Part shown: piece by piece, positions 36,003 through 48,500 of the stretch | Numbering within the stretch: position 1 is the stretch's first letter | Layout of the letters: the number at the start of each line of letters is the position of its first letter | Assembly: GCA_036172245.1 (NCBI GenBank) | Contig: JAYWIR010000021.1 | Coordinates: forward strand, 3,038,001 to 3,102,000 | Source of the DNA: Raillietiella orientalis | Taxonomy: Eukaryota | Reading direction: 5' to 3' | Length of the DNA: 64,000 bases | Program-made: the position numbers and the translations under genes | Notes under the pieces: generated by a model | What the model saw: only the letters and a program-made list of their open reading frames with translations | The model's database searches: none | What the model was told of the DNA's origin: nothing

Positions 36003-36935
36003 TCACACGTCTCCCATCTTTCTGATCACGAAAAGCATCTCCATGAAGGTTTGGATGGTGTCCCTGAGGTTGAGCATCTTGTTCAGGTTCTCGAACCACG
36101 TGCCGGGCATGTACGCAACGCACCCTGGCAGAGGTTCTAGTATCTTTCTGCCGATGTTGACCCCGGTCTTGAGCACGGGGATCTCCAGAACCTTCATGGT
36201 CTCTTTCTCCCCAATGTTGACCATGGGCAGTACCTTCCGCTGCCTGGACAGGTGGCGCATGCCGACGTTGAGCGTCTTCAGCGTCTCGACGGGACAGTCG
36301 AAGCACACCTCGAGCTCCGCCTCGTACGGGTGATCGGTGACGACCACGTTGGAGCCGCCCTTCAGCCTGCGGGAGGTAATCAGGTTGGTCAGCTGGAAAA
36401 TTCGGCCTCCTCCGGGACGCCTTGATCGCGTCGGTGCACAGAATAGGCAGCTCCTCCCTTCCGACTCTCGAGGTCCTCATCCTGCTCATCATCTCGTCGA
36501 TGAAGAAGAACTTGCCCATCTCGAAGCCCATCTCGATCTTCCAGATGATGTCCTCCGTGTTCAGAATGCAGGTCTCGGTCTTCGGGTGAAGAGTCTCGTT
36601 CCTCTTCACCATCCTCTTGAAGGACAGGAACTGCGCTAATGTCATCCCCAGGGACTTTGGCAGCGCGCAGGGGCCCCTGGCCTTCGCCTCTCATCGACCT
36701 TCATCTTGGCCGGCGGGTCATTCCCGCCTCCGCCCTCCTCCTCTTCGAGGATGTCTTCGTTCAAGGGTGCAGTTCGAGGTGTCCTCCGACGTCCCCAACT
36801 CGGCCATGGAAACCAAATGATTCACCGGGATGTCTCCTTGAGCTTGCTTATCATGATGTTCGCTTTTTGGACGTCTTCGGAGACCTGGTTGCGCCACCTC
36901 CGGTGGCCTACCTGATGGGTTGGGGCTGCAGCCAT
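36003..36935 (-). other. Unidentified, comparatively intact virus-like coding element with possible spliced (NS/M-type) dual-product layout
   Basis: Strong third-position G/C bias in two blocks (36645-36420 MTLAQFLSF... and 36392-36003 LTNLITSRR...MGDV*). ATG 36935, donor CAG|GTAGGC at 36912/36911, acceptor TTTTCCAG at 36393/36392 join in frame. Directly upstream of the PB1 relic. Confidence 0.6.
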
Positions 36936-38141
36936 GGATGGTCCCAGGAGTCGTAGACCTGTTCTGGAAATTTCTTTGTCTGCTGGTGGATGAGTAGGTT
37001 GCATCCTTCCTCACTTCAAGCTCCAGAAGGGTCACCCAGAAGTTGAGCAGGCGCCCCCCCCCCTCCTTCTCAGCTTCCCCTGGGATGCGAATTCTCTACC
37101 GAGATGAGCGTCGCAGCAGTCCCGTGCTTCTTTTGTAATCCCCACCTCGTTCTCTCTCTTTCTCTCTCTCTTTCAAGGAAAATGCGTTCTACGCTGCAAC
37201 CTGCCCCCTCCCCTTCCGCATCGCCTTCAGCGTTTCCGTTCTTCCCTTTGAAGGAGCTGGCTTTGCCTCAGGGTGCTTTCCCCCTTCTGGAGACCCTGAG
37301 AAAGAGGCTTTGGAGCTGACACCGCATCCGTCTCTGGAAGTTGCCATCAGCTAGCATTCTGTGGTCGCCAACAACTCGCTTTCCTGCGATGTCCCGTTCG
37401 TCCGCGTCCCGCGGGCGAACGGGGCCACTTTTTCCCTGCGACCCTTGGAATAGGTCAGAGGATGGGAACGCCTATCTGAAAGAGAGGCGGAGTCTTCCTC
37501 TGTCCGACAGCAGTGCCAGCCCTGCGTCCTCACCCTTCCTCCCCTTTCTGGACGTGGATCCACTCGAAGGATGTGAACGGTCTGCAGACGCGAAAGGACC
37601 CTTTCTCCCGAAAGTCTGCGCGAGAGGAGGGCTCCAGAGGGAGCGTTGCGTAGGAGGAAAGGGAGGAAAATCTGGCTGTGGAGTACGAGGTCATAGTTCC
37701 CGGGAGAGAAGGACAATGGAGAGTGATTGGTTGCTCCCCCTCCTATCCCTGTTCGATAAAAAAAAAAGAGAGAGAGAGAGAGAGAGACGCCACAAACTCA
37801 CAAACAAATAAGCAAACGAAAAACCAAGCAAGTCGACGAAGGGTGATCGCGTTGTCGCCGTGGTAACGGGCAAGCCAGCTGGGGCACGCAGGAGCTTCTC
37901 CGCCTTGTCAAAGAGGGGCAGGGGTGTGTGGCGGCGGTCCCCAAACGGAGGAGCTGGGAAAACCTCTCATCGGGCATTCCGGGGTAGAGAAAGAAAGCGG
38001 AGTGCAGCTCCCACCGCTGCTGCGGTCGAGGAAAGGCAGCGGCGACGGGAGCCCGCGGGAATGTAACGGGCGAAGAAAGGGAGCCGCATAGCGCGAAGGA
38101 TCGTTTCGCTCCCAAGCGGGCTCTTTTCCGATTTCACGGTG

Positions 38142-38147
38142 TTTATT
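38142..38147 (-). promoter_or_regulatory. Candidate polyadenylation signal of the NR2F gene
   Basis: AATAAA on the - strand about 480 nt downstream of the stop codon. Confidence 0.45.
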
Positions 38148-38626
38148 CATTCTTTTCCGTTACATCGTGGTGTACGCGAACACAGATGAGGTACCGGCTT
38201 TAGCACCAATAACTACGGAGGGCAGGGCGTAGGGGTGGGGGCGGGGTGGGGGTGGGGGAAAGGGAACGCGAAGCCGCGCGTCCCGGGAACTGTCTCTTCT
38301 CGTGGGTGGCGCCCGTTGACACAACGTAGCCTGAGAGGAAAGGTAAGACTATCACAAGGAATCTTTGGCTTTGTGCTTCTTGGCTCTCATCTTCACAAAC
38401 CGCGGGACGGCGGCGGAGTCAGGGGTGCTGTCGCTCTGCTTGCTCACCCGGTCTTCCGTGGTCTCTGGATTCGACTGAGAGACTCCACTGAGCGGGAAGG
38501 AGGGAAGGCGCATCTCCTCTGTAAGGTCTTCCGCCCCTCGAGCGGGTGTGGAAACGAAGAAGAGGGAAGGGGAAAGCAGAGAGGGAAACGAGGGGGAAGC
38601 GACCGGGGTCGTCCGACGCGCGTCGG

Positions 38627-38743
38627 TCATATGCCGGAGATGTAGGGCCAGTTGAAGGAACTGCCGCTCAGGAGCATGTCTCGTATCAGGGTCTCTATGG
38701 GGGTCTTCCCGACGAGATGCACGAAGAACAGCTGCTCTATCAC
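38627..38743 (-). CDS. NR2F: COUP-TF/seven-up nuclear receptor, last coding exon
   Basis: ctttcag acceptor, then [38 protein letters not shown]; near-identical to the NR2F C-terminus. Confidence 0.97.
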   Translation of the reverse strand: MIEQLFFVHLVGKTPIETLIRDMLLSGSSFNWPYISGI

Positions 38744-39004
38744 CTGAAAGAGTTGAAACGGATGGGAAGCTGCCTGGATCCGTAGAGCGCGCGAAAGAAG
38801 GGGAGTGGCCGGAAACTGTTCCTGTGAACCTCCGACCGGGCATCAGAGGTTTCCTCTGAGGAAAGGTCCGAGGCGAAGAAGTCCCTAAACTCGCAAGGGC
38901 TTTCAGCAAAGAGCAGCTGCTCTGTGGCCCATGCGGGGGTTCCAGTCTCTGCGCCCCCCCCCCTTCTCTCTCCGCAGCAGAGAGAAACCCGGCGCTCTCT
39001 TTAC

Positions 39005-39162
39005 CTGCGAGCTCACGGTTTTCAGCGACGGCAGCCGGAGGAGCAGCTTTCCGAATCTTCCAGGGTTGTTCGGGTGGTGCACCTTGCAGTATTCCTCCAG
39101 GGCCAGCTGGGATTTTTCCTGCAGGCTTTCGATGTGGGAGGGATTTTGCAATCCGCACGCGT
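39005..39162 (-). CDS. NR2F: COUP-TF/seven-up nuclear receptor, penultimate coding exon (LBD)
   Basis: ctcttcag acceptor; (D)[57 protein letters not shown] donor; joins the last exon in frame. Confidence 0.97.
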
Positions 39163-39626
39163 CTGAAGAGGAAGAGAGAAGGGTCAGGTGCGAGCGCTGA
39201 CGCTGGGAGAGGAACGCCGACGCGCGCGGAGGGAGAGAGCTCAGGTCAACGGCGCGCGAAGCGGCAGGGAGCCCCAGGCGGAACTGATTGCGTTTTTCTT
39301 TCCTGTCTGAGGACTTCCGGTCACCTCCTTCCGTCTTACGGATTCCAGATCCCGGCCGGGGAACGGGGGATCGGTTCCCCAGGGACCGTCCGAGGGATGG
39401 AAACGACCGAGGAGGAAGCTAACAAGAGGAGAGAGAGAGGGAGAGCAAGACAGGGTATTCGGGGGAGGGGGGAAGGGAGGGTCTCTTGTCAATCCGCAAG
39501 GGTCAGGACTGCGCTATTCTATCGTCTTCTGGCTGGTCGATTGAGGGAAAGAGGGGGCGAGGATGGGAAAAGATGCTCGTGAAAAGTCGTGGAGAAGAAA
39601 TCACACGCGTGTCGACACGCGTGCGA

Positions 39627-39645
39627 CACACACACACACACACAC
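39627..39645. repeat. (CA)n microsatellite (others near 47078-47102 and 50134-50154; (GA)n near 37768-37787 and 41548-41567)
   Basis: Seen directly. Confidence 0.9.
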
Positions 39646-42003
39646 GCAAAGAGCGAATCTTTTTCTCTCCATTCTCTCCATGAGAAAATTAGGGGCGGGG
39701 TAGATGGATGGGTGATCGCAGCATGCCTTCTTGCGTCGCGCTAGGAATGAAATTGTCGGGCGGTGATTGCCCGGTTGTCGAGTTGGGGTTTCCCTTTTCG
39801 CCTGCTTCCCCCCCCCTGATCGCATCAAGAGACGGCGGGGGAGCTTTCCTCCTTCCTTCGAGAGTTAACGCTGCCGGACACTTGCGATGCCCACCGGACT
39901 CCTTGCGCGAAGATACCATTTTTGTTTTTTTTTTTTTTTTTCTTTCCCCTATTGCGCAGCTGCCTCAGCTGGATGGGCAGCAATTTCTATTTTTGTTTTC
40001 TTTCCGGAGAATCACATCGTCCGGCGTGGGGAAACGAATAAAAAGCGGACGGGGGAAAGCAAGGACGCTGTCCGGAGAGACTCTCCTTTTTTCTCCCCCT
40101 CTTCTCTTGCCTGCTGCTGCTTCTTCTCCACTCACCCCCGCCTCCCCGTTCTCGAGGGTGATCGATCGGCGATCGGCGGAAGACGCGAAGTCGGGGAACC
40201 GCCGGACGAGAACCGAGACAATCGGGGACCCGGAGGGGCTCAGAAAGATGGGGAGGAGTGCTGTTGCGCCGCCCACCATGAGTCACCTTCTCAGGTCATC
40301 TGCGTGAGAGTTGAGAGAGGGGGGCGATCGTCGGAGATGCCGCCGCCGCTGAGCGAAGGGAACCCCTCGAACCGTCTTGACAGGAACGGGCAACGCGGAG
40401 ACGACGAAACCGGAAAACCCGCCCGCGGGTCCAGAGGGAGGAAGGAGGTTTCCCACGCGGAAAGAGAAGGCCGAAGAAGAAGGCGGAGTCGCCTTGCCCT
40501 CCCCCCCCCCCTTCCTCCCCCTCCTTTCCCTGGCGAGTCACTCGGACTCAACTTTCCCCGTCCGCCTCGGCCAGGAAGGTCATCCCCAGTTTGTCGAATA
40601 ACCCCACCTGCTCGGGTTGAAATCTCTCTGTCGGTCTAATTTCCCTTCTCCCTCCCCCCTTCCTTCGCTCCCCCTCTTCCTTAATCCACCAAGCCTAACT
40701 GCCCCGCGCACATCCGTCGTCTTCCCGTCTCCGGCCGCATCCGCGTCTCCCTCGCTGTCCCTCCCCCCTTCTTTCGGACAGCGACGCTCATGGCAACTGT
40801 GTCCCGCGAAATCCCCACATAAACCATCCGCCAGACCATCTCTCACCGAAGGGCACCCTTCTCGCGGTCCCCCTACTCGCGAGCTCGTCGACTTCCACCG
40901 GAGCTTGTTTATGGCACCCCGGCGACGGAGGCTGGGAGGCGCTGGCAACGGAAGAGAGCCGAATTCTCCCGGGGAGAAATCCACCCCGCCCTCGTTCAAT
41001 GCGATTGGCACGTTTCAGCGGGTGGGGGTGGGAGGTGGGGACGGGGGGAAGGAAACGCAGTTTGAAAAACGAGTGCTGGGGGGAGATGGCACGCGAGCAT
41101 CCTTAAAATCTTTCCGAGTCCTCTCTGCCTCGCGTTCGGGCGGGTCAGGTCGGGTCGGGTCGGGTCGGCGGGGGAACCCGTGAGTGCGGGGAACCGGGTC
41201 CTTCCGCTGGCGAAAGGACCCGGTTCGGTTTCCCCCCGTACCTGGGGGGATCTCCGGAACGCGGCCGCCTTTCCTGTCGCGCGTAGGAAACGTGGGGGAG
41301 GGGGAGGAGAGCTGGCCAGTCTCGCGATTCCTGTCTCCTGGAGACGGGACCCCCCCCGTCCCGCCCGCAGGCTCAGTCGGGCAAGCGTCTGACTTTTGGT
41401 CGCTCGATCGCAGGGGCGGGGGGAGGGCGCCCCACCTCTGAGAGTCCGGACGCTACTGGCGTGCCCCGCCGCACAGCTCAGAAACGAGGGCGGTTGCTAC
41501 GGCCAAGACGGAGGAGGGCGGAGACTGGGAACGGAGGGGGGGGGGGGAGAGAGAGAGAGAGAGAGAGACCTTCACGTAATTTTGGGGTTGGGGTTCAGGA
41601 AGCCCAGCCGCCTTTTCTCGGGGGCGTGGGGGATCCTGGAGGAATGCGATTTGTGCGTTCTTCGCCGAGGAACACCGCGCGAGTTGTCTGGAAGGCTGCC
41701 GCGGGAAAACTCCCCTTTCGCCCTCGTTGTCATGGGGCGAGGGCGCAGACGGAACTGCCGATTGGCACGTTCTCGTCCTCCCTTTGTCCGCGAGAGGGCA
41801 TGGGAGACTTCGGGTGGGGGTCCAGAAAGGGGCGATCGCACGGACGCGGCGAATGAGATGCTCCCAGTAATTCCCCTCCCTTCCCTCCTCCTCCTCCCTA
41901 GCCTCTTCCTCCCTCAGTCTAACCCCGGGGCTCACGAAATGCGAAAGGACTGCGCCACGCCACCTCTTCAAGTTGGAAGGCCCCCCCGGGAGGGGATCGC
42001 CCT

Positions 42004-42510
42004 GTGAATCCAGGAAGGGCTGCGGAGGGAGGAGTTCGTTCCTCTCTTACGCTTGGGAGGGAGTCCCCGAAGGGAACCCCGAAGGGAAGAACCTCTCTTT
42101 CTCCGGAGGAACCTTCGGGCGCCACTCCTTCGTTCCCTTTTCCGGAAAGGATCCATCCGCTCCTTCATTCCTCCTCCGAAGGGAATCCCGAGGTGACGCC
42201 CCCAAATTTCTCCGAGGGGCGCTTCCCGAAGGGAGGCTGCGCTCTGGAGAGGTAAGCCTCCCCCGCAGAGAGGGGGGTTCACAACCAGCTCCATTTGAAC
42301 GCGATGGAGGCCCCCCCCCCCATTTTCCCAACTGGAGGGGGGTCAAGCTCCCACAACACCGGCCGGGGCCATCCGGCGGGGGCACCCGGCTTCCACCAGT
42401 ACTGCCTACCCAAACCCCGCGGACCAAGCAGAGTCATCCCCTTGTCGGCATCAATCCTTCCGCCGGTGGGATTCGAACCCGCGACACTCGGTGCGGCGCG
42501 AGGAGGCCGC
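42004..42510 (-). mobile_element. Putative tRNA-derived SINE, copy 2
   Basis: Consensus B-box GGTTCGAATCC on the - strand at 42469-42479; body similar to 16495-17110. Confidence 0.55.
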
Positions 42511-45500
42511 CAGCGCGTGGGCCCCAACTCTGGCGGATGCGCCGCTTCGTTCTCCCTTTTGTATGCAGGGCTATCCCGGCCTGACAGTGGTAAAGTACCA
42601 AACTCCAGGGAATTTACCCGCTGCTCCTCGCAGCCGTCGGAGCCTCTCATAAGATTTGCGACGCTTCGGGAAGAAGGGGGGTGGGGTGGGGTGGGGGAAG
42701 GGAAGCTGGTGAAGCGCAAACTGAAGGAAGGAAAGGGGGTGGGGTGGGGGGGGGGGGAGGGGGAGGTGGGAAGCAAAACGTGCGGTCGGAGTGCACGCGG
42801 TGCGAGGGAAGGCGGAAGGGTGCGTCCGCCCAGACGCGCGTGAGAACGCAGCTCGCAACTTTTTTCCCTTCGCTTCCCCCCCCCCCTCTCCCTCCCTCCC
42901 CCGCCCGCCTGACAGGCGCGCTCCGCCGCCGTCGCCGTCCACGACGACTGGCGCTCCCGTAGCCATCCCGTAAATTTCAGACGAGAGCGGACCGGGGAGA
43001 GAAGAAATCGCGCGCGCGCCATTTTCTCGAAGGCGGAAGTTTTCGCCGACCCGCGAGGCGAAAACGCGCTGCGCAAGCAAAAAGTCCGTTTCGAATTGCA
43101 CGGTAGGAGGAGGAGGATTGGGGGGGAGGGGAGGGGGGGGGGGAGAAGGCGTTCGTAAATCTCATTTCCTAGCTGGGCTTCGTATTAATTACATCTGGTT
43201 CCCGCGTAAAACAGACGTCTGGTTTATGGATAGCCCGGATCTTCGGGAGCGCTCAGGGCACCCGATCGAAAGGAGGAAGGCGAATCGCGACGCTCTCCCC
43301 GTTTCATCCCGGGTTTATTATTTACAGGGAATCAGCGACGGGAGAAAAAAAAACCATCTCCTGTGAGTGAGTAATGATGATTCGAATCGTGTTCGTTAAT
43401 GACGACGTGAACTGGAAAGTCAGCTTGGGGGAGAGGAGGGAGGGGGGAGGGAAGAGGGGAAGGGGAGGCGGCGGGGGGGGGGGGAGGGACGAAACTAAAT
43501 TAAAACGCAAGGAACTAATTAAAAACACAAAATGGAGATTGCGAATGGGTAGGATGACTAATCGGATGCATAATTCATTCCTCCGGAATATTGGAACAGG
43601 CGGGAATCAGCATCCGACGGGACTTCTCACACAATCAGCAGAAATCAATTATCGGATCTCCGTTACTCTCGATTTCACGCCTGTCAAAAAAAAAAAAAAA
43701 CAAAACAAAAAAAAAAAAAAGAAAAGCGAACGACAGATTTGCGTTGCGCATTCGATCGCCGTTTGGGCTTCGGGAAGGAATATTTTTTTTTTTTTTTGTT
43801 CCCCCCCTGCCCTCGCCTGAACAGATGACTTGGCACGCACGGGGTGCGCACGCGCGCGCGCGCCCCTCTGGAGACACCGCCCGACCGCCGGGTCGCGCGA
43901 GACATAACGAGGGTGCGCGCGCGCGTCCGAACACCCCGACGCCAGAGCGAGGGGGAGGTGCGCGCGCACGCACATTCGCACTTGCCCCCTCCCTCACCCC
44001 CTTCCTCCTGGGAGGCTCAGCCGGTGCGGAGAGAGCGCCGCCGCGAGAGCACGGAGGCCGGACGGTGTCCGAGGGGCTTTTCGGCCCGCGGCGGCTGGGT
44101 GGGTCGCGGTCCGTGGACGGGTGGCGGCCCGTCCGCTCCGTGGGCGAACGGAGGGCGATCGAACGAGCGGGGTCGCATCGGGGACATCCTTGCGCTGACG
44201 CGGTCACGCGCCACTTCGGCGAGTGGCGCGTCCCGTCCGGGGATTTCGAGAGCCGCCGCCGCCGCCGCTCTCCAGATCTCCACCTCCACGTGTTCCCGCT
44301 GCGTAATCCCTGGGCCTCGCGGACCGGAACGCGGGGTTGGGCATGCCCGAGGTTAAAAAGCTGTTGCTTTTGTCTGCCGGGCGCCTGTCATCGAACCGGG
44401 GAAAAATGGCAGAGTGTGGGACGGGAAGAAGAAGGAGAGGAGGAAGAAGAAAGGAAAAGACGCGAGCAGAGGCGGATCCCAATTTGATCTCCAGAGCTCG
44501 GGGAAGGACGTTCGGAAAAAATCCTTCCCCGAGCAACGGCGCGGGAGGGGCGAAAGCCGTCCCCGCGCAGAAGACGGGGAGATTTACACGGGCGGGGATC
44601 GCGTTTCCCCCGTGACGCCACAGCGCTGCGGAGGAGGTGGGACGCCGCCCTGGACTGGGAGGGACGGGTGCGTGCAAGGTGCGGGGAAGGAAAAGAGAGA
44701 GTCCTGCTCCTTTTCGTTGCTGCCGGGGGGGGGGGGGGACGCTGGAAGGATTTTTCCTTCCCTCTCTCTCTCTCTCGCGGATCCCATCGGAGATTTTCTT
44801 CTTCTTCTTCTTCCTCGGGTGCCGGCGCTGTTTATTGCCAAGCCGCCGCCGCCGCCACCTGCGCGCGGAACGAAACGCGAAGGTCGGGACCGCGGGTGGG
44901 AGGCTGACCGAAGGCGGATTCGAGCGCGCGCCAGAGGTGCGCCGACGGCTCACGCGAACCCAAGCACACCACCAGCATCTCGACGTGCGTGCGAGCGCCC
45001 ACGAGTCAGGACGCCCGGGAGCGCTCTGCTCTCTTCTCGCAAGGCGGCGACGACGGTGCTTCGCGAAAACCGGAGGAAGAGGGCCGAAACGCGAGGGGGT
45101 GCGGTCGGTTGCCTCCCAGCTCGCGGGAGGGAGGGTCGTCGGCCCGTCTTCGGCTCCTTCGGGAACCGCGCGAGCGAAGGGAAGGGAGGGGGGGAGCACA
45201 AAGACGCAGCGACGGCGAAAGCAGAACGGGGAGGGGACGCGCGCTAGGGGGAACGGATCGATGAGGAGGCACCGGAGCCAGATGGCGTGAGAGGCATTTG
45301 CACGGTGCCGGTAGTGTCGGCACGGCCTATGACAAACGTGTCTGCCTCTTCCCCAAAGAGTCGTGCTCTCACTTGTTGCGAAAGATTCCCCATTGCGAGA
45401 GAAAGAGGGAGGGTGATGACGCCTTTCATATCGGATCCTCGCACATGTGCAGGGGGCGCGCGGAACCCCTCCCTGGTGGGCAGGACGTTCCCCCGGAGTT

Positions 45501-48500
45501 GGCTTTCGGGCGGATGGGAAGCTCCCCGGCCTAGCATGCGCGCCGCTGACGCTCCTCAAACACGGCACGCACGCACGGGTGGGAGAGGTGGACGCGAGAG
45601 TGAAAGAGCTGCTCGAATCCACCTGCAGAATCGTCGGAATCTGCGGACGGATTCGAGCAGCCCGGTGTGCGCGAGTGCTCTGGGATGCTGCCGCTGCTGC
45701 TGCTCGTTGCCCTCCCCTCTGTCGGGCGATTCCGAAGCAGATGGGGTGGGGGTACGGAATCTTCTTCCGTGCCCACGGAGTGAATCGCGCTGAGGGAAAA
45801 CGAAGGGCAGTGATCGGGTCTTCCAGGCAATGGCTTGCTCGCGAGCCAAGGATTCGCACGGTTGCGAAGGTGAAAGAGGGATGGCTCCGATGTGGTGACC
45901 ATGGGCGTCCCCCTGCTCCAGTTCCGGCGGCATCAGCGACTGATGCGCCTCGTTTTCGGCACCCCGATCTCGGTAACTGGGCTGCGGCGCAAAACATGCT
46001 CTTCCTCCTGCTTGCCCCGAGGGGATACTTGAAGGTGACGGCTTGGAAGAAGCAGTGGAAACTGCAGACGCACGAAAGAAGCACAAGAAATAAAGGAGGA
46101 AAATTCGATTTCCCCGATGCTTTTAAAAGGCGCCAAAGGTGTGCAACCGCAAAACGGAAACCTGGATGCGCGTGCTCTGTTGGTGTTCATCGGGGCGCAT
46201 CACCCAGACGACCGGATGCTTGTGGAGCGATGAGCAGCGAGAGGACTCGCCTTGTGCACATCCCTGAGGTAGAGACTGCTGGATGGTGAGAAATGAGGTC
46301 TCTGGGGATAAGAAGAGAAAGGGAACCGCTAAGCATCTAAAGCCAACCGCGGGGTCACTGAGCGACCGACCTCCGCAAGTGCTCTGCGGCGTGCCTTGCA
46401 AGCAACTGACCGAAAACTCAGCGGAGTTGGATTGGCATGGGAAAGAGAAGATCAGCAGGGCAGATGCCAGAAACGTTTTTTTTCTGCTCCCAGAAAAAGC
46501 AGCCATGGCAAAGCAAACGGTCCGAAGAACCGAAGGGAAGAGGACAAGAGGTTTCGGGCAGGAAAAACAGACGACGGTTCTTCCTTTTTTTTCGCTCTTC
46601 CCAGCCCCTCCTTTCTTTCGGGCCTGAGCGAAAAGAGGGAGGCTGGGCGGCAGGAGGCGTCCCCTGAGCAATCACACGTGAATCATGAGATTCAAAGGTC
46701 CTTCAAGGTCCCGCTAGTGAGTCGGATGCAGGGGTTCGAATCCAGAGCGCCCCCAGTCAGCTAACCCGCGTACTTCAAGAAGTGGTGAGAGAGCATCGGG
46801 CGGATTCCGCTTTCCCGGTGAGAAGAGATGGAAGCAGAAAGACTGGGAACAAGAAGACAAAGGAAGCACGAGACAGGAGATGAAGAAGCACTTCTGTGTG
46901 GTGTCAGCAGTCATGAGAAGGTGAATTCGGGAGCACGGACCAAGAGGAGACTCCCTTCGGTGAAATGATACCATCATTGAGAGCACATTGAGCCAGCCTC
47001 ACTAGGCACCACGAACTTTGCAGACAAAGGGGCTCGCACAGGGTGTCGGTCGATGAGATTCCGTGGCAGATGGGAAAACACACACACACACACACACACA
47101 CATCGGAAGCTCAAGAGAATGCGAGGGGAGAACGCTATTCGAGGCAAGAGGTCAGTACAGCTTCCGGAAAGGTGAGGGGGGAGGGTCTCCACGATGAGTC
47201 ACATCGAGCCTCTGGACCGGCTCATCTCGTGATAGCAATCTCCGGGCTGTCTACTCTCCACCGCAAGGATGAGGCATGCGCAGCCTCTCTTCTCGCATCT
47301 TCCTTCGGATATGTGGCGCTCTCCCTTCAGAAAGTGCCAGCGAGCGCGAGCTATTTACCCGCGGAAGAATTCTCTTCCTCCTCCTCTTTTCCCCCCTCCA
47401 CACCCCCCACCTCCCTACTCCCCTCCCTCTTGACTGCTTTCCTGCCCGATGGGGTTCTGCGATTCTTTTTATTAACCATCATCCGTGCCACGCGCTCCTT
47501 ATTTTCCCGACGCGAAAACGGCAGCGGCGAACAACATCGTGCAGATGGAATGCGTTTTCAGGAAAGGGAAAACAAAAGGGGGAACTTTCGGGAACGCCAG
47601 GCGATTCCTTTTTTCACTTAATTCGTTTTTTTTTGAAAAAAAATTTCCCGAGTTTATTTATTTTATTTTTTTTTGTTTTTAGAAGGCGTTTCCGCGGTTG
47701 CACACTTCTGCGCTAATGCAGCCTTATTTTTTATGGGAAGAGCACTCCACTGTGGGCGGGATGCAGAGGCTGAGAAGCCAGATAAATCAAAGATTCCTGC
47801 GATCGGAAAGCATACAGCAGAAACAAAGAGGGACTCGAGAAAGAAAAAAAAAATGCATCGTTCGCTCCATGCCCGGAAACGCTTCCCGAAATGGATGCAG
47901 AATGATGGGTCGGCTCCCGGGCAGCGCTCGCGACTCACGGCCGGGGCACCTGGAGGAAAAGCGGGAGGCGAGCGTCCCTGTGCCCACCAGCGGCGGCAAA
48001 AGGGGCTCTCGGCGCAGGCTGGGTCGGGGTGGGGGGAATCGGAACCGAAAGCGGAGAGGCGTTCTTCGTCCTGTTGGCGCATCCCTATTCCGAGACCCAC
48101 GCGCGCCCTCTTTCTCAACAGTGGCGTGGCTTCCTGCAATCGCTCTTCAGTGACTGACCCCTTCCTCAGAAGCTCCCCACACGTTCTCTCCCCTCCCCAG
48201 CCCCCCCTCACCTCGCATTCCCTCCCTTCCTCGTAACCACGCCGTGGCCTGCCTCGGGCCACTCCGTATTCTGCGCCGCCGCGACAACTTCCTCCTCCTT
48301 CTCATCTCCTCTAGCCGCAAGAGGGATGCGTGTGATCGTGCCCATCCCAGAAACGGGATCGCATTTACCAGCTAACGTCTCCTCTTCCACCCTCTCGTGT
48401 CGAGCCGGTTCTTCGGTGCGTTTCCCGCTTGATTCTCGAGCCACCCTCGAGGGTCATTCATGGGAAACAGCAGCCAGACGGGCCTCCGGTTCATCTGAGT

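Noticed and set aside
35950..36392. Second open frame overlapping exon 2 of the unknown element, as evidence of dual coding
   Set aside because: That frame starts its codons at the GC-rich third positions, so absence of stops is expected.
44204..46084. 626-aa ORF and the many other long overlapping ORFs in the GC-rich region
   Set aside because: Arg/Pro/Gly/Ser-rich with no recognisable domain, open in several frames on both strands; expected from stop-codon scarcity at high GC.
46690..46760. GGTTCGAATCC B-box suggesting a tRNA gene
   Set aside because: No cloverleaf or acceptor stem can be formed; at most a SINE remnant.
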